Source: Nitrospirales bacterium
Lineage (GTDB): Bacteria; Nitrospirota; Nitrospiria; Nitrospirales; UBA8639
Direction of reading: 5' to 3'
NCBI GenBank assembly: GCA_965203295.1
Contig: CBDBCZ010000019.1
Location: forward strand, 640,001-704,000
Length of the DNA: 64,000 bases
In this document: positions 53,743 through 64,000 of the stretch, one piece after another
How positions within the stretch are numbered: the first letter of the stretch is position 1
How the letters are laid out: each line of letters begins with the position of its first letter
Notes under the pieces: generated by a model
What the model was told of the DNA's origin: nothing
What the model saw: only the letters and a program-made list of their open reading frames with translations
Database searches by the model: none
Made by a program: the position numbers and the translations under genes

Positions 53743-56463
53743 ATGAATCAAGGGCCGTCCAATTCAGCCGACGATTCCCTCAAAACGATTCTTGACCATA
53801 TAGCCCGTCCTATTGAATTTGCCACGCGTAGCGATCCTGCTCGTCTTCCAAACATCAAAAATCTTAGCTCGTTTATCTCGCACCAGGTGCTCCAAGCTTT
53901 AGGACAAACCGTCCGTCCAGCTCATATTGAAGCAGACCTACTGGCCCTTCGAGAGTTATTTAAGGATAGTGCCGGACAATTTTCCACGCAATCCTACCGA
54001 TCTCGTCTCCATCAAGCTCGAGAAATTCTTGCAAGACTTCAACGCTCCATAAACATACAGTCAGGGGAGTCCAGACTGAAGAATGAAAGAAGGACTCAGC
54101 CGTCGACTGCATACCATGAAGTAGGAGAGCTCGTGGGGAAAGGTGTAAAGGAAACTGAAAGACTCCCAAAAGACATGTCAGCTCATTCATACCAAAAATC
54201 GGGCTTGGTATCGGAAGGTCCTCAACCTTCAGGAGACCCAGAAACCCAGGACAGGGTTTGGGAACTCCCTATTCGTTTTGCTAAAGGGGTAGGACCCAAA
54301 CGGGCTCCCCTTTTTGAGAAGTTGGGAGTTTTCACCCTTGAAGATGCCTTTTGGAATGTGCCCTGGCGCTATGAAGACCGATCACAGATTGCTCCCATAT
54401 CCACCTTAGGGCCGGGTCGCTCCGTGACGATTTCTGGGATCATTCAGGCTTCTCATTTAAGGTATACACGTGGACGGAGAATGACCTTGCTCACGTTGAA
54501 TGTGTGTGATCAAACAGGATGTGTGGAAGTGGTGTTCTTCAACCAACCATATTTAGAAAAACTATTGACCAAAGGGAGCAGAGTTATTCTCAGTGGTATA
54601 GTAACTCCTGCCCCCAAAGGATCGCCTGCTCTCCAGATGCGAGCCCCGAATTATGAGGTGTGGCAGCAAGAGGAAGATGCCTTACTCCACGTAGGACGAG
54701 TGGTTTCGATTTATCATGAAACTCAAAGTTTCAGCTCCAGACAGATGAGAAGGATTATGAAAGGCCTATGTGATCGCTCTCTTGGCGAATTAGAAGAATG
54801 TCTTCCCATTGATATTCGGAATCGTTACAGCCTTCCTCCAATTCATGAGGTGATGAGGGAAATTCATTTCCCAAGTGGAGTGCATAGACTAGAGTCACTC
54901 AATGAATGGGGTTCTCCGGCTCACAAACGCTTGGCCTTTGAAGAAAGCTTTTTGTTTCAATTGGCCATGGCCATTCGCAGGCGAAAGAATGAAGACGAAC
55001 TCCCTGGCATTGCCTTTCACAAATCCTCAGAAATGTTGACTAGGCTTCGCGAAAGCCTGCCCTTTCAGCTCACCGAGACGCAAAATCGAGTGATAGAGGA
55101 AATTTTTTCCGATATGGGACGACCGACACCGATGAATCGCTTGATTCAAGGAGATGTGGGATCGGGGAAAACGATTGTGGCCTTTCATGCCATGGTCTTG
55201 GCCTGCGGATCTGGGTATCAGACTGCTCTTATGGCCCCGACGGAAATTTTAGCCGAGCAGCATTACTTCTCAATGCAACAACTTCTTGCTGCCATAGGCT
55301 TGAAGGCCAGCGTGATCAAAGGCGGGATCCCCAAAAAAGAACGAGCCAGAATTTTAGAGGATATTCGAGAAGGGAGGATCCAAGTGGTCATTGGGACTCA
55401 CGCCCTCCTTCAGCAAGATGTTGAGTTTGCCAAACTCGGGTTGGTGGTCGTGGATGAGCAACATAAATTTGGCGTGTTACAACGGGCGACCTTACGATCG
55501 AAGGGGATTCATCCTGATGTCTTAGTGATGACGGCCACGCCAATTCCGAGGACGTTGGCCATGACGGCATATGGAGATTTGTATGTCTCAATTATTGATA
55601 GTCTCCCTCCGGGACGAAAGCCAATTCAGACGTTGCTCTATCGGCGAAGCGAACGAAAGCATGCCTATAAGAAACTTCAGACCGAGGTGTCAGCTGGGCG
55701 GCAAGTGTATGTCGTGTACCCCTTACTGGACGAATCTAAAAAGGTTGACCTCGAGGCAGCGACGCAAGCGGCTGAGCGATTACAGGAAGAAGAATTCCCG
55801 TCCTTTCGAGTGGGCCTTCTGCATGGAAGAATGAAGTCTGATGAAAAGGCCAACACTATGTTGGAATTTAAAGACGGGAAAATTGACATCCTCGTGGCCA
55901 CTACTGTGATTGAAGTTGGCATGGATGTGCCGAATGCCACCGTTATGCTCATTGAGCATGCTGACCGATTTGGGTTGGCCCAACTCCATCAATTGCGAGG
56001 ACGTGTAGGTCGGGGAGCCGATCAATCACTATGCCTGTTGGTCAGTGCCTCTTCTCATCGGGCGTCAACGGGGAAGACGATGAAAAATCATGGAACTGCA
56101 TCTCTACGACTCCCTTTGGAACAGAAGGCTCCTCTGGGGTTTCCTCAATTTCCTGGCACGAATATGACATCAGCAGGTCACCGGCTACAGGCAATGGTTC
56201 ATTCCTCCGATGGGTTTGTCATTGCCGAAGAAGATTTACGCATTCGGGGTCCTGGGGAATTTCTCGGGATTCGTCAATGGGGAGGGCCGGGGTTTAAAGT
56301 GGTAAACTTCATTCGTGATGGAATGATCATCGAGCAGGCCCGTCAGGAAGCCTTTTCCTTAATTGAAAAGGATCCCGACTTATCTGATCCTGCCCTTGTC
56401 CCTCTGAAGGCAACCTTTCTACGCCGGTGGCAAGGCAAATTTGATTTAGGAAGCGTGGGATAA
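53743..56463 (+). CDS. recG: ATP-dependent DNA helicase RecG (long N-terminal extension)
   Basis: QGDVGSGKT, DEQHKFG, MTATPIPRT, QLHQLRGRVGRG, DL.IRGPGE. Confidence 0.95.
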   Translation: MNQGPSNSADDSLKTILDHIARPIEFATRSDPARLPNIKNLSSFISHQVLQALGQTVRPAHIEADLLALRELFKDSAGQFSTQSYRSRLHQAREILARLQRSINIQSGESRLKNERRTQPSTAYHEVGELVGKGVKETERLPKDMSAHSYQKSGLVSEGPQPSGDPETQDRVWELPIRFAKGVGPKRAPLFEKLGVFTLEDAFWNVPWRYEDRSQIAPISTLGPGRSVTISGIIQASHLRYTRGRRMTLLTLNVCDQTGCVEVVFFNQPYLEKLLTKGSRVILSGIVTPAPKGSPALQMRAPNYEVWQQEEDALLHVGRVVSIYHETQSFSSRQMRRIMKGLCDRSLGELEECLPIDIRNRYSLPPIHEVMREIHFPSGVHRLESLNEWGSPAHKRLAFEESFLFQLAMAIRRRKNEDELPGIAFHKSSEMLTRLRESLPFQLTETQNRVIEEIFSDMGRPTPMNRLIQGDVGSGKTIVAFHAMVLACGSGYQTALMAPTEILAEQHYFSMQQLLAAIGLKASVIKGGIPKKERARILEDIREGRIQVVIGTHALLQQDVEFAKLGLVVVDEQHKFGVLQRATLRSKGIHPDVLVMTATPIPRTLAMTAYGDLYVSIIDSLPPGRKPIQTLLYRRSERKHAYKKLQTEVSAGRQVYVVYPLLDESKKVDLEAATQAAERLQEEEFPSFRVGLLHGRMKSDEKANTMLEFKDGKIDILVATTVIEVGMDVPNATVMLIEHADRFGLAQLHQLRGRVGRGADQSLCLLVSASSHRASTGKTMKNHGTASLRLPLEQKAPLGFPQFPGTNMTSAGHRLQAMVHSSDGFVIAEEDLRIRGPGEFLGIRQWGGPGFKVVNFIRDGMIIEQARQEAFSLIEKDPDLSDPALVPLKATFLRRWQGKFDLGSVG

Positions 56464-56469
56464 ATAGAC

Positions 56470-57435
56470 ATGCGTTTGGCGGGAATTGATATCGGAACCT
56501 TGACCTGCCGTTTGCTCATTGCAGACGTGGGGAAGAACGGGCAAATGACACAACTGTTCTCCGATCGGAAAATTTTACGGCTCGGTGAGGGTGTTGATGA
56601 AGATAAACGACTTAAGCCTGAAGCCATGGCTCGTGTGTCCAAAACAGTGCGCGGTTGGCGACAGGCAATCGAAGCACAGGGTGTGAAGATCTTTACCGCC
56701 GTTGCCACCAGTGCTGTCCGAGATGCGCAAAACCGTGACGAATTTCTCGCTCAAATGAAAGAGGAAACCGGAATTGAGATCGAGGTCATTAGTGGAGAGG
56801 AAGAAGCCAGGCGAACGTTATTGGGAATTCGCTCGAGGTTACCGGATGGGGTCACTGACCTACTGGCTCTTGATATCGGAGGAGGAAGTATAGAGTTCAT
56901 CTTTAGCCGGAATGAGCAGAAACCCAACGTTATCTCTCTCGATGTAGGTGTCGTTCGCATCACAGAGAGATTTTTTAAAACCGATCCTCCTGCAAAACAG
57001 GAAATTCACGATGCAGAACAGATGATCATCAGTCTGACAAAAGAAGCGATGAACCGGATTGGCGAAATCGGGAAGGTCATGTTTGTCGGAACAGCCGGAA
57101 CCATTACGACGCTTTCGGCAATGGCGCAGGGCCTCACAACCTATGATCCTGCTAAAATTCACAACTATTCCCTCGAACTCTCAACAGTTAGGAAAATGGA
57201 GAAAGATCTCTTCCATCAAACAAAAGCTTCACGCTGTGGCCTAGCTGGGCTCGAGCCAGGTCGAGAGGAAGTCATTGTGGCTGGGATACTCATTCTTCGA
57301 TGCATCATGGAACATCTTGGGCATGACCGCTGTCTCGTCAGCGAATATGGGCTGCGGGAAGGGGTGTTAGTCGATTTGGCAAATCGGCATTATAATTTTG
57401 TTGGGAGTGATCAGAATAGAAACACTAAATTATGA
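56470..57435 (+). CDS. ppx: Ppx/GppA family exopolyphosphatase
   Basis: IDIGT, ATSAVRDA.N, DIGGGS.E, GLREG. Confidence 0.9.
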   Translation: MRLAGIDIGTLTCRLLIADVGKNGQMTQLFSDRKILRLGEGVDEDKRLKPEAMARVSKTVRGWRQAIEAQGVKIFTAVATSAVRDAQNRDEFLAQMKEETGIEIEVISGEEEARRTLLGIRSRLPDGVTDLLALDIGGGSIEFIFSRNEQKPNVISLDVGVVRITERFFKTDPPAKQEIHDAEQMIISLTKEAMNRIGEIGKVMFVGTAGTITTLSAMAQGLTTYDPAKIHNYSLELSTVRKMEKDLFHQTKASRCGLAGLEPGREEVIVAGILILRCIMEHLGHDRCLVSEYGLREGVLVDLANRHYNFVGSDQNRNTKL

Positions 57436-57749
57436 AATATTCAAATGAGTTGCGAGGTATCTCCACTCTCGAAATCGGTCGAATTCAGGGATAGGGTAGA
57501 CAAGAAAAGGACAACTGTTAGCCACCATTTTGTCCCACTTTTTTGGTCCTTTTACTCATCATACGGCCGAAAAGGAGCAGCTGAAACTCTCGTTACGCAT
57601 AAATCTCTGTTGAAGGGAAAGGAAGGTTTTTGATGATTTGTGGCGTAATAGTGATTCTCGGCGAGCGTTTGGTCTTTTTGACGAGTTTCTCAAAAAATTC
57701 TCGGATTTCGATTTCATCCAGCATTCGTTGATTAATAGCTTCTTCTTTT

Positions 57750-57945
57750 AACCCGAATTCAGTAGTTGAAATCTGTGCCTCTTATTCACAGCTTGGGACT
57801 TGGGTAACTCAAAAGTTCAAGAATTTTGACTGGTTTGAACTGCGCCGCAGTTGAACGATGCCTAAGTCTGTATTTTTCAATAGAAACCTACTGCTGAATT
57901 CGCGTTATTGAGGGTCCTGAAAATATGAACTGCTGAATTCGGGTT
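57750..57945. mobile_element. MITE-like ~196-bp element with 18-bp terminal inverted repeats
   Basis: AACCCGAATTCAGTAGTT (57750-67) vs AACTGCTGAATTCGGGTT (57928-45), 17/18 match; a third partial copy near 57890-57906. Confidence 0.65.
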
Positions 57946-57989
57946 TAATCTCAACACGAGCAAGAACATCTGATGGTGAACAACGGGGG

Positions 57990-59109
57990 TAATCACAATT
58001 TTCCCATTAACGGTCGCTCGCTTGGGGCAGTGCAGGATCAATTTGTGCGCTGTATCCTCCAGGTGAAACCGCGTTTGCTCCTGGACGCGCGAACGCAGTG
58101 GCAGTGGTGATAGGCAACCAGGGGAACGACGCTCAGGGGCGGATCGAACTCCCAGGGACAGTGATCCAGCCAGGCTTCCGGGCCGTCACCATTGCCCCGG
58201 CCATGGCCTCAACTCAGGTGCCAGTTCGCTTCCGTGATGGGACGCCTGAGCACCATGCACCGTTGATTGCAGCGCTGCAGCAGCAACTCGGTGACGTCCA
58301 GATCGTCGGCCAGGAGACTTTGCTCAATTTGTGGTAGATGTGACGGGTGACACCGTGCAAGTGGTGAGTGCGGATGGGCTTGAAGAAGTCGCATCGTTCC
58401 CCAATCCCCAAAGTGCCAAATCCCCAAACGGTCTGGCGTGTATCATTGCTCGATCCCAAAGAACTTCGGAGCTGTTGGCCCTATACAATCCGTTTTCACA
58501 GATTCGCTTGGAGGCTTACGTTGTCAGAACGATGGGCAAGCGAGGCATCAAGAATTTACCAGATATGAAGGCGCCAACGTACTGGATTCGGTATAGAGGG
58601 GATCCCCGAACATTGACGAATAGCTTGTAATTAGAGATGAAGACGAATAAGGACTGCTTCCTCACCATCATGGATGTGGACGCAGAAGGAGGGGTCAATC
58701 TGCTCTTTCCGAACAAGTTTTCAGAGAGGAAAGGCTTCTATCCAAATGGGCTAGTCATCGGGGAGAAGAATGCCCTAGTGAATGTACGAATTCCGGATGC
58801 TCTCCAGCCAGGAAACCAAGCAGGATTTCATTGGGACTACACGCCGCCGCCCGGGCGGATACGCTCCGTGTGTTCGCTAGCACAGACTTGGAGACAGCAG
58901 AAACGATTCGCCAGTTTGTGCAAAACCTTATGCGTGACCCTAATGTGCTCACACGTGGAGGCCTCACTTCGGGGTTCACGAGTCTGGGTCGTGAGCTTAC
59001 TGGCCCACGGGAGCGTGGAATTACGACAGTCCCAGCCGGACCGGAGGACTCCCATCTCTTCCAGCCAGATTGGACCGTTGTTTCGGTGACTGTGGTTATT
59101 GAACCGTAG
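57990..59109 (+). pseudogene. Degraded 3' remnant of a DUF4384-like domain gene
   Basis: Fragments across several frames with stops; ..LTIMDVDAEGGVNLLFPN..YTPP.G.DTLRVFAS resembles DUF4384. Confidence 0.55.
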
Positions 59110-59331
59110 CAGGATGGGAACCTCCAGATAGCCTCATGGCAGGGTCTGTGTTCGGGTGCCATATTGTGTTCCTCTGAGGAATGTGCCCGGAGGTGCTGGG
59201 TAAAGGTTCACGAGAGTCATCATACCATTCAGAATTTCTGAGGGAGACGCATCTCTTACCTAAGAAGGGTTGTCAGGATGGAGTTGAGGAGGAAGGGTCT
59301 CACAGGTTTGAGGGATTCAACCCAGATGGAC

Positions 59332-60840
59332 TCAACGCTGGCTATACCACCGAAAGCCTTTTGATTCTTGGTAGGCGGGACGTTGATACCCGCCGGGCTT
59401 TTCGATGATTAACACCTTAAAATCCCAGAGCCCGAACCAGGCGGGATCCAGCACGCTGTGATAATGGAGCCCAGTCAGCCTTGACAGTTTTTCTCCGAGG
59501 GCTTTCTCTAATTCAGTCTCAGTATAGGCCCGCACACTAAACGGGTGTTCTTCGGCTTTGCAAAATCGACGAATGGCATAGGCCGCGCCCGTGCACAACA
59601 CTTGCGTTTCCCGTTTAATCGAAAGAAATTGTGGAAGCGTGGTGTACTGTTCTCGAAAGCCGAGCCACCGGGCAGCATGCCGAAGGTGAGAAAATTGCAC
59701 TTCGTATTCCGTATGTCTTGGTAGACGAACGGGATCAGGCCATCCGGTTTCAATGCCGAATTCAATCGATAGCGCTCGCCCGCCTGGTTTTATAACTCGC
59801 CACAGTTCCATAAGGAATTTGATTGCTCCAGAATTGAAAATCACCTCCTCGGGAAAAGGCTGATCCAAACTGAGACGGAGTCGGCGAATCAGATCGATGG
59901 CTTCCTCATGTTCTGGTGTTACCCCCTTTCCGGATTCCAGTTCTTCCTTGGTCAGTTGGGTGGGAGTCATGTCCGCGAGATTTTCGTTATCGATAACAAG
60001 GTCGACGCTCGCATCTGCTAATGGAAGACATTCGGCATTGCCATGAATGGCTTTCGCCTCCCAACCAGCTTCAGTGGCGAGTCTGACTTGCGAATTCAGA
60101 AATGGGCGAGTCAGGTCGAGAAAGACGTACTGAATTCCGTTTCGTTCTGAAGGGGAGAGCTCGGCTGCCATCTCTTGGGACACGTAGCCCAATCCTGCTC
60201 CAACCTCTACGATCCGCCGTGGCTTGGGATTCCACCACTCCATTTGCTTCAACGTTTTGGCGAGTAATCGTCCGTACGTGAGTCCGTGCATCGCCTCACA
60301 AGGCTCACGAAACAAGTGGGAGACGGTGGTTTCAATAATTTCGAAGTGGCCGTGATGACCTTGAATGCCCTTATGATGAAATTCCGTTAAATGGTCTTCA
60401 CTCTCTACCGCCACGTTGCCGTGCCACTTTTCACGAACTTTTTGGATAAGAAGATCCCATTTGGCATTCACACTGTGACCACTAGGTGCCTCGTTTCCGA
60501 AATAACATAGTGAGTAGGCAGGAAGGGACCAGCGCTCCAAATGCCATTGCCCAGTTTCCTGATTGGGACCACACACCCATTTTCCGAATTGATCTAACAA
60601 ATCCCTGATCGAGGCTCGCCCATCCATGGCGCCTAAGAGGGAAGCACCCATTCGATTGAGTCGAATCAATGGGAGGTCTTCATCGAGTGGGGTCACCCAC
60701 CATTCTTCCTCACCATGTTGATACACCACGAGATCCGGCATTCGCCAAGCGCGCTGTTGCAACAGTTCGCCTTCTAAACGGAGAGGTTCTGCCATGGTAG
60801 AAGAAGAGGTAGGGAGTGTTGGAGATTCGGAGTCCGACAT
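59332..60840 (-). CDS. Class I SAM-dependent methyltransferase with a PqqD-like N-terminal segment
   Basis: VEVGAGLG, FLDLT, GNAECLPL, IKPGGR; N-terminal RLNRMGASLLGAMDGRASIRDL. Confidence 0.75.
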   Translation of the reverse strand: MSDSESPTLPTSSSTMAEPLRLEGELLQQRAWRMPDLVVYQHGEEEWWVTPLDEDLPLIRLNRMGASLLGAMDGRASIRDLLDQFGKWVCGPNQETGQWHLERWSLPAYSLCYFGNEAPSGHSVNAKWDLLIQKVREKWHGNVAVESEDHLTEFHHKGIQGHHGHFEIIETTVSHLFREPCEAMHGLTYGRLLAKTLKQMEWWNPKPRRIVEVGAGLGYVSQEMAAELSPSERNGIQYVFLDLTRPFLNSQVRLATEAGWEAKAIHGNAECLPLADASVDLVIDNENLADMTPTQLTKEELESGKGVTPEHEEAIDLIRRLRLSLDQPFPEEVIFNSGAIKFLMELWRVIKPGGRALSIEFGIETGWPDPVRLPRHTEYEVQFSHLRHAARWLGFREQYTTLPQFLSIKRETQVLCTGAAYAIRRFCKAEEHPFSVRAYTETELEKALGEKLSRLTGLHYHSVLDPAWFGLWDFKVLIIEKPGGYQRPAYQESKGFRWYSQR

Positions 60841-61557
60841 TTATCGAGTCTGTCGGATGGGGTCAGTTTCAAACACGGGCCGATACATTCCATCCCAAAA
60901 AGCGAGCCAAGCATCTGCAGTTTCCATGGCGCCGGCAGCTACACGATCCAAATCTTCAGGAGTCTTGACCGTTTTCCGGACAGCGTCTACGAGCCAACTG
61001 CTATGTGTTTGTTCTTCCAAAACATGCAATTCAAAAAATACTAAATCTTCCTGGCTGAAATGTCCGTATTTTTTGAGGCCCGGCAAGAAATATCGAAACT
61101 CGGATGCGGCCGTCATTTCTACGGCCAATTCAGCATCCAAGGCGGTGAGATAGTCAGATTCCAAGAAAAGTCGTCTGAGACTGTTGAGATAGGTGGTGAC
61201 TTCGACAATGGGTTCGGTATCGAAGAGATCGCGTGATTGAATGCCGATGGAATAGGCGAATCGTTGCAGATAACCAATATGGACATGTTCGACGGAGCCG
61301 CTTCCTAATTCAGAATACAGAATTTTAGCAAGCTCAATCCGCATTTCCAGTTCATCAATGGGAGTTCGGTACAGCAGTCCTTCCAAAACTTTCACAAATT
61401 GAAAACAAAAATAGTGATACTGTTTCACAAAAACTCGCATTTGTCGTGGGGAGAGATAGGAATCTTGGAACGCTCGAAAAAAGTCGTTGGAATTGACCGG
61501 ATGAGCTTGGAGTTCGGTCACCAGGGTTTCAAGAGAATCAATGTGAGTCGTGAGCAT
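60841..61557 (-). CDS. Heme-oxygenase-like iron-containing redox enzyme (TenA/PqqC/CADD superfamily)
   Basis: HP near the N-terminus, E(x)nH in SELGSG..HVH, FFELH..EQTH. Confidence 0.75.
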   Translation of the reverse strand: MLTTHIDSLETLVTELQAHPVNSNDFFRAFQDSYLSPRQMRVFVKQYHYFCFQFVKVLEGLLYRTPIDELEMRIELAKILYSELGSGSVEHVHIGYLQRFAYSIGIQSRDLFDTEPIVEVTTYLNSLRRLFLESDYLTALDAELAVEMTAASEFRYFLPGLKKYGHFSQEDLVFFELHVLEEQTHSSWLVDAVRKTVKTPEDLDRVAAGAMETADAWLAFWDGMYRPVFETDPIRQTR

Positions 61558-61699
61558 GGGAAGAGCCCCTAAAATTTCACCTCAGATAGGTTGTGGCTAT
61601 GAGAAAACTTAACACTACACGATGATTTCCATCACCTGCAACTATGTGGCGTGTCTGAGGGAGAAGTCATAAGAAGGGGCTGTTGAAAAGGGGAGAGCC

Positions 61700-62353
61700 T
61701 TATGGTTTTTGGACGAGTATGCTGGCATAGGCGACCTTTCCATCGTCCATTGCTTGGTATCTCAGGACTGTCAACGCGTGAAAATGGCGTAGGAGTTCGT
61801 TGGATTCCAGAAGAAATCGGCGAGGAAAACGGGATCGGTATTTCAAGTGGTCTTGGGTGTAGATTTCAACAACAGCCATACCACCCGGCTTCAGAGCCGG
61901 ATAATCTGGGGAAACAAATTCCGCTGGAGATAATTAGGTGCAAACGATCAAGTCATAGGAATCAGGGGGAAGTTTGTAAGCCTCCAGATCAACGACTTTG
62001 GTCTCAATATGGACTCCAGCCTGACGAGCCAGAGATCGCGCCTTTTCAAGACCCTGTTCAGAAATATCAACTCCTGTGACCTCGAACCCTTGTGTGGCCA
62101 AATAGACCCCGTTCCGGCCTTCACCCATGGCAATATCCAAAGCTGTTCCTTTAGGGAGTAAGCCGATGTTCTCTTTAAGGAAGGAGATCGGCTCTCTTCC
62201 CAAAATGTATTCCTCTGCGGAGTATTTCCGATTCCAACGGTCTTTGTCTTGCGGAGCAGCATAGGCGCTGACGAACATCATTCCTGTCACGATTCCCAAA
62301 GCTATAAGGAATAACAGTGAGGGTGGCCATGGCCAAGAGGTTCTTTGTGACAT
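61700..62353 (-). pseudogene. TehB-like SAM methyltransferase, +1 frameshift near 61935
   Basis: LDIAMGEGRN...YDLIVCT, then YLQRNLFPQIIRALKPGG in a shifted frame. Confidence 0.85.
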
Positions 62354-62372
62354 TTGGGCTCTCAAGAGTTGG

Positions 62373-63354
62373 TTATGGTTGAGTGATTAGGGAATCAAAT
62401 GAACAGAATTGAATCCCTAAGCTTCGACATACCTGAAATTGGCGGTCAAAACGATTAGCGGTTCTGATTGTTTTGTAGAGATCCTTTCCTCCCACACGGC
62501 CCCAAGCGGGAAAATGGAAGACGGCAAGGGGATAATCGGTTCCGAAGAGCAGGCGGTTGTGGACTTCGGGGTGCCTTCGTAGGAGCAACAGCCTCTTGAA
62601 CCGATTAGGGAGGGTCAACGCTGAAATATCTGCATAGAAGTTGGGATAGGTCTTGACGAACTTTAAAAACGTTGGGTGAAATTTTTCATACAGCATCAGA
62701 CCATAGCTGCATGCGTGGGCCGCGATGACCGTTACACCTTCATCTAAGGGGACTTGTAGTCTGTGAGGATCGCTAACCGATTGATCTTTGCCAATAAGAC
62801 TAAATTCATACCCCACATGACTCAGGAGGGGAATTTTGCACTGAGCCATAGCCCGGTTAGAAGGGTTTGAAGTTGGGATTAGCAGGATCGAACTGCTGAG
62901 AATTTGGGAGGATCTTAACCAAAGCGGCTCCTGCATCCACGAAACGATGGAGTTCGTCCACAGCATCGCGGCGTTGCGGGTTGATCGATACCCCAGCCAG
63001 AAATTCAATGGAATAGGCTCTAGCCATGCTTAGAACGTATTCGTTGCTCACCATAAACTCAGTGGCGTTTTGATCGAGTCGTCCTTGCTGATCATACACC
63101 CCGTCCATTCCTAATAAGACTGCCCTCCCCACGTAGTGTGATGCCAGCAATTCCTTTAATAAATCATCAACATATTTTTGATTGGCAGCCTGTGGCCTGT
63201 CGGGATTGAGTCCATGTTTCCATAGAAGAAATTTGAATAAAGGACTGCGGAGCATGTTGGGCGAGATATAGCAGCCGTTGTCGCCCTCGGGAAATGCAGC
63301 AAGATCAACATGGCAATCAGTGATCTTTGGAGAAGGTTGTGGGCTGAGACTCAT
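62373..63354 (-). pseudogene. Amidohydrolase family protein, +1 frameshift near 62858
   Basis: DCH..., then SHVG, IAAHA, YADISA, LFGTDYP in a second frame. Confidence 0.85.
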
Positions 63355-64000
63355 GACATTGATTGAAGTGGTCTTTGTGGTAGCGATCCCAATCTCTCCA
63401 ATGCTTGACGCTTGAGTTCTCGTAGGTCGAGTTTGCCTGTGCCGAGAACTGGAATGTGTTCCACTTTTAGAAACGAATCCTTTCTAGGGACAAACAGATT
63501 GGGTAAGCCACTGGCAACGACCTTGTCTAATATTCCAGGGATGGATGCTTCTTCCAACGTATGGAAGACAACCAATTGCTCACCCTTTTTCTCATCAGGG
63601 ATAGCTGTGACCGCCAACACCTGAGTGTCGGCTCCGGCGGCTTCGAGTAAAACCTCTTCCACCTTTCCATGGGGAACCATTTCTCCTCCAATTTTTGAGA
63701 AACGGGATAATCGATCGGTGATGGTAATGAAACCATCGTCGTCGATCATCGCGATGTCTCCAGTGATGTACCAACCGTCATACATCGCTTGGGCAGTCAG
63801 ATCATCTCGGCCGAGATATCCATCCATGACGTTGGGCCCTTTGACTAACAACATGCCGGCATTGCCGCTCTCGAGAGGCTCAAAAGTATCCGGATCCACG
63901 ATTCGTACAGATACCCCCGGAAGGGGCTGTCCGACAGTCCCGCGTTTTGATGCGGGCTGATAATACCCAGCCGCGCGGAAGTCAGGGCAATTCACTGAAA
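63351..64000 (-). CDS. C-terminal part of an AMP-binding acyl-ACP synthetase (Aas-like); runs off the window
   Basis: GPNVMDGY, WYITGD, DRLSRFSKIGGEMVP, GTGK.D. Confidence 0.85.
   Translation of the reverse strand, partial: SVNCPDFRAAGYYQPASKRGTVGQPLPGVSVRIVDPDTFEPLESGNAGMLLVKGPNVMDGYLGRDDLTAQAMYDGWYITGDIAMIDDDGFITITDRLSRFSKIGGEMVPHGKVEEVLLEAAGADTQVLAVTAIPDEKKGEQLVVFHTLEEASIPGILDKVVASGLPNLFVPRKDSFLKVEHIPVLGTGKLDLRELKRQALERLGSLPQRPLQSMS

Overview
Bacterial chromosomal window. Gene content and an intergenic repeat family suggest Nitrospirota/Nitrospirales (inference). The left ~19 kb is an accessory region: an MHYT hybrid kinase, a sigma54 activator and two sigma54-type promoters driving persulfide/sulfite-oxidation and cytochrome c genes, many of them broken. 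The rest is mostly housekeeping (assimilatory sulfate reduction operon, pdxB, bcp, dtd, murJ, ruvA, yebC, fmt, rsmA, ftsK, lolA, rpmB, recG, ppx), with an IS200-type element, small non-autonomous repeats and about 13 pseudogenes overall. The standout is the tmRNA gene (ssrA, minus strand, 22467-23089), whose T-loop is interrupted by a 271-nt ORF-less group I intron with a complete catalytic core.
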